Under the pieces are notes generated by a model. It was not told the origin of the DNA and made no database searches. It was given only the letters and a program-made list of their open reading frames with translations. Shown in pieces: positions 57,229-64,000 of a stretch of DNA of 64,000 bases (position 1 is its first letter; every line of letters begins with the position of its first letter). This DNA is from an uncultured Chitinophagaceae bacterium (GTDB lineage: Bacteria > Bacteroidota > Ignavibacteria > UBA10030 > UBA8401). The translations under genes were made by a program, and so were the position numbers. The stretch spans positions 52,970 to 116,969 of the forward strand of contig CAYIXI010000002.1 of the NCBI GenBank assembly GCA_964367235.1. The letters run 5' to 3'.

Positions 57229-58487
57229 TTATAAAATTAAAAATATATTTTATTGCGATTTTTATTTTGTGCGAGCTTTCGTTTGCTCAAAATATTTCAC
57301 CTTATTCTCGTTTTGGGATTGGTTTATTGCCAACACAATTTAGCCCCGTGGTTGGTTTGCAAGGTGGACCGGGCGTTGGATTTATCAGAAGAGATTTTAT
57401 AAATAATTTAAATCCTGCCGCAAATGCAAAAACCAGATTTACGATTTTTAATATTGGTACGATATTTTCAAAAACATCTTTGGCAGACGCAAATAATTCT
57501 ATTGATAATTTAGACGACGGTTATTTTAATTCTGTTTCGATTGCGGTTCCGATTGATGTTGAAAAAGGTATTACTGCAACAGCTTCAATTCTCCCCTTTT
57601 CCACTGTAAGTGATGAATCCTCTTTAAAAAAAATTATCGGGAAACATTCTGTGCTTGAAAGTTTTAAATCTTCAGGTGGATTATCAATGGCGCAAATTGG
57701 AATTTCATACTCACCAATTAAAAATTTGTATTTGGGATTTTCTACAGAATATCTTTTTGGCGAAAGAAATTTTAATCACTCAAGTTCTTTTACCGATACT
57801 ACTTTTAATGAAATTAATACATTAACTCGCTACAGCGAAAGTTCGATAGGCGTTTCTTTCGGCTTTGTTTATGAAAATTTAAATCAATTATTAAATATTA
57901 ATTCGGTTGATAATATTTCCATTGGTGGAAATTTAATGATGCCAAGAACTCTTTCTTCATCAAAAGATTTTTATACCGAACGAAGTTATTTTAATGATCA
58001 AGATTATTTTTCACAACTATTTGATACTCTATCATCAAACAACAATTCAAACATTCCATTAAAAATCACTCTTGGCACTTCAGTTCAAATCAAAAATAAT
58101 TTAATTGCTTTGGATTATTCAATCCAGGATTGGAGTAATTTTAAAAACAGTAATTCATCAATCGAAAAATTCGCTTCGGACAACCGACTTAGTTTTGGAA
58201 TTACAACTTTGCCAAAAGAATCTCCAAATTATCTGGAGAATATCACTTTATCGCTCGGTTTTTCAACACGAAACACATATCTTCAAATTAGTAATCAAAA
58301 TATCTCTGAACAAATTTTTATGGTTGGAACAGGTTTTCCTTTAAGCGCAACGGGCAAATGCCAAATTGGTTTGACTTACACAACGCGCGGAAAAATTGAA
58401 AATAATCTTGTAAAAGAAAATATTTTTGGTGCGTTCGTCAACATTACGCTCGGAGAACTTTGGTTCGTTCAACCACCAATTGAATAA
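57225..58487 (+). CDS. Hypothetical outer-membrane beta-barrel protein (signal peptide; PorV/FadL-like character)
   Basis: Signal peptide ending AQ, an NISPYSRFGIGLL N-terminal motif, and alternating beta-strand-like composition through to a C-terminal aromatic-rich end. Confidence 0.35.
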   Translation: MIIKLKIYFIAIFILCELSFAQNISPYSRFGIGLLPTQFSPVVGLQGGPGVGFIRRDFINNLNPAANAKTRFTIFNIGTIFSKTSLADANNSIDNLDDGYFNSVSIAVPIDVEKGITATASILPFSTVSDESSLKKIIGKHSVLESFKSSGGLSMAQIGISYSPIKNLYLGFSTEYLFGERNFNHSSSFTDTTFNEINTLTRYSESSIGVSFGFVYENLNQLLNINSVDNISIGGNLMMPRTLSSSKDFYTERSYFNDQDYFSQLFDTLSSNNNSNIPLKITLGTSVQIKNNLIALDYSIQDWSNFKNSNSSIEKFASDNRLSFGITTLPKESPNYLENITLSLGFSTRNTYLQISNQNISEQIFMVGTGFPLSATGKCQIGLTYTTRGKIENNLVKENIFGAFVNITLGELWFVQPPIE

Positions 58488-58490
58488 ATT

Positions 58491-58922
58491 ATGATTGCAC
58501 TTGCAAGTGATCATGCCGGATTTAATTTTAAAGAAAAAACAAAAAATCTTTTAGATTCTCTCGGCGAAAAATATTTAGACTTCGGAACAAACTCTACTGA
58601 CTCAATTGATTACCCCGATTTTGGACACGCCGCCAGCGAATCAGTTTCAAATGGAAAATGCGAAAAAGGAATTTTAATTTGCGGAACTGGAATCGGAATG
58701 TCGATGGTTGCGAATCGACACGAAAATGTTCGAGCCGCAGTTTGTCAAACTGTTGATGCTGTCGTTGCAACACGCGAACACAATAATGCAAATATACTTT
58801 GCTTCGGCCAAAGACTTGTAACTTGGGATGTTGCTGAGGAAATGATTAAAAAATTTTTATCTACAAATTTTGCTGGTGGAAGACACGAACTTCGAATTAA
58901 TAAAATTCCTTTTAAAAAATAA
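58491..58922 (+). CDS. rpiB: Ribose-5-phosphate isomerase B
   Basis: MIALASDHAGFNFKEK...GICGTGIGMSMVANR matches the RpiB/LacAB family. Confidence 0.85.
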   Translation: MIALASDHAGFNFKEKTKNLLDSLGEKYLDFGTNSTDSIDYPDFGHAASESVSNGKCEKGILICGTGIGMSMVANRHENVRAAVCQTVDAVVATREHNNANILCFGQRLVTWDVAEEMIKKFLSTNFAGGRHELRINKIPFKK

Positions 58923-58925
58923 TTT

Positions 58926-60221
58926 ATGAATATCTTAAAAACATTTGACACTGAAATCGCTAACATAATCCAAAATGAAGTTTATCGCCAAGCAAACGGA
59001 CTTGAACTAATTGCTTCGGAAAATTTTGTCAGTCGCGCAGTGCTTGAAACAGCTGGATGTGTAATGACAAATAAATATGCTGAAGGATATCCGGGAAAAA
59101 GATATTACGGCGGTTGCGAATTTGTCGACGAAGTTGAAAACATCGCAAGGGAAAGAGTTAAAAAACTTTTTGGCGCAGAGTATGCAAATGTTCAACCTCA
59201 TTCTGGCTCTCAAGCAAACATGGCAGTTTATTTTACTTTTTTAAAACCTGGCGCAAAAGTTTTGGGAATGAATCTTTCGCACGGCGGACATTTAACTCAT
59301 GGCTCGCCTGTAAATTTTTCTGGCCAACTTTATGAATTCCATGCTTACGGCGTAAATCGCGAAACTGGTTTTATCGATTACAACGATGTTGAAGCGATGG
59401 CAAAAAAAGTTCGTCCCGCATTAATTACAGTTGGCGCCAGCGCTTACTCGCGCAACATCGATTACAAAATTTTTCGGCAAATCGCTGACTCAGTCGGCGC
59501 TTATCTTTTTGCTGATATGGCTCATCCTGCAGGCTTAATTGCTACGGGTTTTCACAATTCGCCAATTCCGCATTGCCATGTTGTAACCTCGACAACTCAC
59601 AAAACTTTGCGCGGTCCTCGAGGTGGATTAATTTTAATGGGTAAAGATTTTGAAAATAAATTTGGAATTGTTGCGCCAAAATCTGGAAGAACAAAAATGA
59701 TGTCCGAGTTACTGGACTCAATGGTGATTCCCGGAATTCAAGGTGGACCTTTGATGCACATAATTGCCGCGAAGGCTGTTGCATTTAAAGAAGCGCTTTC
59801 TGATGATTTTAAAGTTTATGCAAAACAAATAATTTTAAACGCGCAATCTTTGGCAAATTCTTTGATAGAAAAAGATTACAAAATTATTTCTGGTGGAACT
59901 GATAATCATTTAATGTTGATTGATTTGCGAAATAAAAATATTACAGGAAAAGATGCGCAAGAAGGACTTGACCTTGCCGCAATTACGGTAAATAAAAATG
60001 TTGTTCCGTTTGATGATAAGTCGCCACTAATTACAAGTGGAATCAGAATTGGTCCTGCGGCAATTACAACCCGTGGAATGAAAGAAACGGAAATGAAATT
60101 GATTGCAAATTTAATTGATAAAGCATTGATGAATTTAAATGACAAAAATATTTTATCCGAAGTTAAGAATGATGTAAATAATCTCTGTGCAAATTTTCCA
60201 CTTTATCCCGAGTTACAGTAA
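58926..60221 (+). CDS. glyA: Serine hydroxymethyltransferase
   Basis: Full-length GlyA with the PLP site [16 protein letters not shown]. Confidence 0.95.
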   Translation: MNILKTFDTEIANIIQNEVYRQANGLELIASENFVSRAVLETAGCVMTNKYAEGYPGKRYYGGCEFVDEVENIARERVKKLFGAEYANVQPHSGSQANMAVYFTFLKPGAKVLGMNLSHGGHLTHGSPVNFSGQLYEFHAYGVNRETGFIDYNDVEAMAKKVRPALITVGASAYSRNIDYKIFRQIADSVGAYLFADMAHPAGLIATGFHNSPIPHCHVVTSTTHKTLRGPRGGLILMGKDFENKFGIVAPKSGRTKMMSELLDSMVIPGIQGGPLMHIIAAKAVAFKEALSDDFKVYAKQIILNAQSLANSLIEKDYKIISGGTDNHLMLIDLRNKNITGKDAQEGLDLAAITVNKNVVPFDDKSPLITSGIRIGPAAITTRGMKETEMKLIANLIDKALMNLNDKNILSEVKNDVNNLCANFPLYPELQ

Positions 60222-60959
60222 ATGAGCGATTCAACTTCACAAAAAAAAGATATGTCGTTCCTCGATCATCTCGAGGAATTGCGTGGTAGAATTTTTCATT
60301 CGCTAATTGCAATTATTATAGTTGGAATAGTTTGCGCAATTTATGTTGATGAACTTGTAAATAATATTTTATTTTATCATCTCAATCAACTCGATTTAAA
60401 AGTTCAAGTTCTTACACCGTATGGAATTGTACTTTTATATATGGAAGTCGTAATCACTTCTGCAATTATTTTTAGTATGCCAATTATTTTATGGCAAGTC
60501 TGGAAATTTATCTCCCCTGCTCTTTTACAGAAAGAGCGTAAATATATTTTTTGGATTACATTTTTCACCTCTTTTTGTTTTTTTGCAGGTGTCGCTTTCG
60601 GATTTTTTATTTTAATTCCGACTTCGATGAATTTTTTCGCGCATTTCCGAACAGAGATGATTTCGCTAAATATTTCTGCCGATAAATATATTAGCTTCGT
60701 ACTTACATTTATTTTTGCTTCCGGCATTTTATTTGAAATGCCGATGGTCGCATATTTTTTATCTCGAATGGGCATTTTAACCCCTGCTTTTATGCGTCAT
60801 TATCGTCGTCATTCAATTGTCGGAATTTTAATAATTTCCGCAATCGTAACTCCAACTCCCGATTTGATGACTCAATCCCTTTTAGCAATGCCGATGTTTT
60901 TACTTTACGAATTGAGCATATTCATTTCTAAATTCGCGCAGAAAAAAGAAATTGTATGA
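60222..60959 (+). CDS. tatC: Twin-arginine translocase subunit TatC
   Basis: LDHLEELRGRI N-terminus and 6-TM TatC organisation, 245 aa. Confidence 0.85.
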   Translation: MSDSTSQKKDMSFLDHLEELRGRIFHSLIAIIIVGIVCAIYVDELVNNILFYHLNQLDLKVQVLTPYGIVLLYMEVVITSAIIFSMPIILWQVWKFISPALLQKERKYIFWITFFTSFCFFAGVAFGFFILIPTSMNFFAHFRTEMISLNISADKYISFVLTFIFASGILFEMPMVAYFLSRMGILTPAFMRHYRRHSIVGILIISAIVTPTPDLMTQSLLAMPMFLLYELSIFISKFAQKKEIV

Positions 60960-61954
60960 AAAACATTTTCAGTTCAAAAACAATTTCGCTCGACGAAATA
61001 AAAATACCAATTAAAAGCGAATTAAAAGATTTTGATAAATTTGTAAACCTATCTGTAAAATCTGAAATACCATTTGTTAATTTAGTTACTCGATTTATTC
61101 TCAGGCAAAAAGGAAAACAACTTCGCCCAATTTTAGTTTTTTTGACTGCAAAAATGTGTAAAAATATTTCCCCTGCTTCTTATCGTGGTGCGGCACTTGT
61201 TGAAATTTTACACACAGCAACACTTATCCACGATGATGTTGTTGATGAAGCAGAAATGCGACGCGGCTTTCCTTCAATAAATTCTCATTGGAAAAATAAA
61301 ATTGCTGTTTTGATGGGAGACTATTTACTTTCAACTGGACTTTTACTCGCTCTAAAATCTGACGACTTTGAAATTTTAAAAATTACTTCAAGTGCAGTTC
61401 GGAAGATGAGCGAAGGAGAAATTCTACAAATCAACAAAAGCAGAAAATTAGATATTGATGAGAAAACTTATTTCAAAATAATTTCTGGTAAAACTGCTTC
61501 TTTAATTTCAACTTGTACTGAAATCGGTGGAGTGAGTGTTAATTGTTCTAAAAAAGAGAGAGAAGCATTAATTAATTTTGGAGAAAATCTCGGACTTGCA
61601 TTTCAAATCCGCGATGATGTTTTGGATTACACAAGCCGCACTTCAATTTTAGGAAAACCGATTGCTGGCGATTTAAAAGAAAAGAAAATTACTCTACCGC
61701 TAATTCATGCACTTGAGCGAGCAGATAAAAAAGAGAGAAAAGAAATTATAAATTTAATTGCTCATGGCGCAAGCGATAAAGATGTAATGCAAATTTATAT
61801 GTTCATCGAAAAATATAAAGGCATTGCTTATGCCGAAGCAAAAGCAAAAGAACTTATTGAGTTGGCAAAAAAATCTTTAATCATATTTAAAAATTCTCCT
61901 GCTAAAACTTCACTTCTAAATTTATCCGATTTTATTTTATCAAGAACAAAGTAA
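60956..61954 (+). CDS. ispB: Polyprenyl diphosphate synthase (trans-IPPS; octaprenyl/solanesyl-diphosphate synthase-like)
   Basis: LIHDDVVD first DDxxD and FQIRDDVLD second motif. Confidence 0.8.
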   Translation: MKNIFSSKTISLDEIKIPIKSELKDFDKFVNLSVKSEIPFVNLVTRFILRQKGKQLRPILVFLTAKMCKNISPASYRGAALVEILHTATLIHDDVVDEAEMRRGFPSINSHWKNKIAVLMGDYLLSTGLLLALKSDDFEILKITSSAVRKMSEGEILQINKSRKLDIDEKTYFKIISGKTASLISTCTEIGGVSVNCSKKEREALINFGENLGLAFQIRDDVLDYTSRTSILGKPIAGDLKEKKITLPLIHALERADKKERKEIINLIAHGASDKDVMQIYMFIEKYKGIAYAEAKAKELIELAKKSLIIFKNSPAKTSLLNLSDFILSRTK

Positions 61955-61982
61955 AAAATGCCATTAAAAATGGCACTTTTTA
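61954..61982. terminator. Bidirectional rho-independent terminator between convergent ispB and the bacilliredoxin gene
   Basis: AAAAA-TGCCAT-taaaa-ATGGCA-cTTTTT: a 6-bp stem (61959-61964 / 61970-61975) flanked by an A-tract and a T-tract. Confidence 0.5.
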
Positions 61983-62000
61983 CTGAAATCACATAAAATT

Positions 62001-62423
62001 TTACGAGCAGAATTTTTCGTAAATAAATTGTAATTCGTTTGCAATATCCGTCGCAGTTCTTCCTTCAATTCTGTGTCTCGGAATGAAATGAACCATTTCG
62101 CCATTTTTGTATAATGCCATAGATGGAGAAGATGGCGGAATTGGACCGAATAATTCTCGTGCTTTTGCAGTTGCTTCGAAATCCTGTCCAGCAAAAACGC
62201 TTACGGCTTTTTTTGGTTTAATTGCATTTTGTAATGAATGAACAATTGCAGGTCTTGCGCAACCAGCGGCGCAACCACAAACTGAATTTACAACTACAAG
62301 CATTGTTGTATTTTTATTATTTTCAAACGCGTCATTAACCGATTGCGAAGTTAAAAGTTCTTCAACTCCTGCGCTTGTCAACTCATCTCTAAATGGTTGA
62401 ATAAATATTGGATCGTATGGCAT
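62001..62423 (-). CDS. Bacilliredoxin-family protein (BrxA/BrxB, YphP/YqiW, DUF1094)
   Basis: LVVVNSVCGCAAGCARPA contains the CGC redox motif in the same context as B. subtilis YphP, 140 aa. Confidence 0.65.
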   Translation of the reverse strand: MPYDPIFIQPFRDELTSAGVEELLTSQSVNDAFENNKNTTMLVVVNSVCGCAAGCARPAIVHSLQNAIKPKKAVSVFAGQDFEATAKARELFGPIPPSSPSMALYKNGEMVHFIPRHRIEGRTATDIANELQFIYEKFCS

Positions 62424-62448
62424 ATTTTTTCCTTTGTTTTGATTTTAA

Positions 62449-63147
62449 TTAAATTTTATTTTGTAAATACTTTTTTCGTTTTGCTTCGTCAAATTTTTCG
62501 ATTGAGTATCGCAACATTGTCCTCGGCATAAATTTATAATTTTCTTTTAAATATTTTTCTAATTTTTTAATATCTCTTTTCCCAATTTCTCTTAACATCC
62601 ATCCGACAGCTTTTTGGATTAAATCATGTTTATCATTTAAAAGTATTTTTGCAATCTTTAAAGTATCATCAAACTTATTATTTTTTATAAAATAAAAAGT
62701 TGAAATAATCGCGATTCGTCTATCCCAAAAATTCTCAGACACCGCTAATTCATATAAAATCGATTTATCTTTTTTAAAAAGATGCGCTCCAACAATTTTA
62801 TCAGCGCTCAAATCGACTAAATCCCAATTATTTATATTTATTTTATTTTTTATATAAAAAGAATATATCTCATCTCGCTTTTTTTCATCTCTTTGAAAAT
62901 TATAAACCAAAATTAAAAGTGCAATTAATCTTTCTTCATGAATTTTAGATTTTAATAACCGTGAAATTTCTTCTAAACTTAGCGCTTTAAATTCTATTGC
63001 AATTTTTCTTGACTCCGGTACTGTAACTCCTAAAAACAAATCCCCTTTGCCATAATCACCTTTTCCAGTTTTAAAAAATCTTTGTAAAATTTTTGCTTTT
63101 TCAGGATTTGCAATTTTCCGTAAATCAGCTTTTAAACTATTTATCAT
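62449..63147 (-). CDS. DNA alkylation repair protein (AlkD/AlkC-like HEAT-repeat glycosylase family)
   Basis: 232-aa all-helical protein with Lys-rich repeats. Its length and motif pattern fit the DNA_alkylation family. Moderate confidence. Confidence 0.5.
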   Translation of the reverse strand: MINSLKADLRKIANPEKAKILQRFFKTGKGDYGKGDLFLGVTVPESRKIAIEFKALSLEEISRLLKSKIHEERLIALLILVYNFQRDEKKRDEIYSFYIKNKININNWDLVDLSADKIVGAHLFKKDKSILYELAVSENFWDRRIAIISTFYFIKNNKFDDTLKIAKILLNDKHDLIQKAVGWMLREIGKRDIKKLEKYLKENYKFMPRTMLRYSIEKFDEAKRKKYLQNKI

Positions 63148-63168
63148 TATTTGGCTGTTAAATCAGGC

Positions 63169-64000
63169 TTATTTGCGCTTTTTATTTTTAAAACTCTTTG
63201 ATTGTTCCGCAATTAAATTTAGTGCGCTTCCAGATTTGAACCAATTAATTTGAGATTCATTAAATGTGTGATTAAGTTTTATTGTGTCAACTGAACCATC
63301 AGAATGTTTGGCTTCTAAAATTAAAAATTTATTTGGCGTAAAACTTGTTAATCCTTTAATTGAAAATTCATCATTCTCTTTTATCAAATCATAATCATTC
63401 GGATTTTTAAAAATTAGCGGTAGCATGCCTTGTTTTTTTAAATTTGTTTCATGTATTCGCGCAAAACTTTTTACAATTATTGCAACTCCACCAAGAAATC
63501 TTGGTTCCATAGCGGCATGTTCTCGTGAAGATCCTTCACCATAATTTTCATCGCCAACAACAATCCAATTTACTCCGCGCAATTTATAATCTCGTGCATT
63601 TTCCGAAAAAGTTTTCAATTCATTTGAAAATAAATTTATTCCTTTTCCTATTTCATTATTAAAAGCATTAGCCGCGCCGATAAACATATTATTTGAAATG
63701 TTATCCAAATGCCCACGATATTTTAACCACTTACCTGCTGGCGAAATATGATCAGTCGTGCATTTTCCTTTTGCTTTCAAAAGTAATTTTAATCCAACCA
63801 AATCTTTTTGATTCCACTTTTGGAAAGCGTCAAGTTTTTGTAATCTATCGCTCTTCGGATTTATTGTAACTTTTATTTTCGTTCCATTTTTTGCTGGCGC
63901 AATTAATCCTTTTTTATCTGGCATAAATCCTTTTCGTGGAAGTTCATCTCCATTTGGCGGATTTAATTTTACAGCAACTCCTTTACTATTTAGCAATTCA
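63169..64000 (-). CDS. acnA: Aconitate hydratase, C-terminal swivel domain (partial; N-terminus lies beyond the window end)
   Basis: ...[52 protein letters not shown]... is the conserved aconitase C-terminal domain. The ORF continues past 64000. Confidence 0.75.
   Translation of the reverse strand, partial: ELLNSKGVAVKLNPPNGDELPRKGFMPDKKGLIAPAKNGTKIKVTINPKSDRLQKLDAFQKWNQKDLVGLKLLLKAKGKCTTDHISPAGKWLKYRGHLDNISNNMFIGAANAFNNEIGKGINLFSNELKTFSENARDYKLRGVNWIVVGDENYGEGSSREHAAMEPRFLGGVAIIVKSFARIHETNLKKQGMLPLIFKNPNDYDLIKENDEFSIKGLTSFTPNKFLILEAKHSDGSVDTIKLNHTFNESQINWFKSGSALNLIAEQSKSFKNKKRK

Noticed and set aside
61964-62194. 76-aa minus-strand ORF overlapping the 3' part of the bacilliredoxin gene
   Set aside because: It is out of frame with and embedded in a conserved gene, and has no recognisable motif.
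1-64000. Mobile elements, integrases, CRISPR arrays, toxin-antitoxin pairs
   Set aside because: No transposase/integrase-like ORFs, no direct-repeat arrays, and no small paired ORFs with TA-like features were seen. The window looks like core chromosome plus envelope/secretion loci.

Overview
This is an AT-rich (~33% GC) bacterial chromosomal window that I read as belonging to the Bacteroidota/Ignavibacteriota (FCB) lineage. I base that on (1) start codons mostly lacking an upstream Shine-Dalgarno, and (2) a near-complete set of type IX secretion (T9SS) hallmark genes: a PorX-like REC-PglZ regulator, the giant SprA/Sov translocon, a porU-porV pair and C-terminal-domain cargo. Almost everything from 1 to 37196 is on the minus strand (about 35 consecutive genes), and many junctions show 1-4 nt overlaps typical of translational coupling.

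Layout:
- 1-22023: a Wzx/Wzy-dependent surface-polysaccharide locus with an unusual modification module (CE4 deacetylase, FemAB-like aminoacyl/acyl transferase, Trm112-fused methyltransferase). nadC, a YbgC-like thioesterase and accA lie at its low-coordinate end.
- 22196-28809: housekeeping genes (argS, rsfS, arginase, accD, tsaB, tsaE).
- 28806-37196: PorX-like regulator and SprA.
- 37439-39891: LptF/LptG permeases.
- 39892-51995: a five-gene T9SS operon (porU, porV, a CTD cargo with FG-GAP/VCBS repeats and an apparently degenerate M6 motif, a novel-looking Omp85-type barrel carrying HExxH plus PD40 beta-propeller modules, and a small secreted protein).
- 52169-61954 on the plus strand: M61 aminopeptidase, glgA, HAD phosphatase, two hypothetical envelope proteins, rpiB, glyA, tatC, ispB-like.
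- 62001-64000: a bacilliredoxin homolog, an AlkD-like protein and a partial aconitase.

I found no CRISPR array, tRNA, transposase or integrase. The best candidates for something undescribed are (a) the T9SS-linked operon at 39892-51995, especially the HExxH-PD40-Omp85 fusion and the pseudo-M6 cargo, and (b) the FemAB/CE4/Trm112-methyltransferase sugar-decoration module at 11275-14077. Both rest on motif-level reading and need database and structure confirmation. A 57-aa Trm112-like ORF missed by the ORF track sits translationally coupled upstream of nadC.
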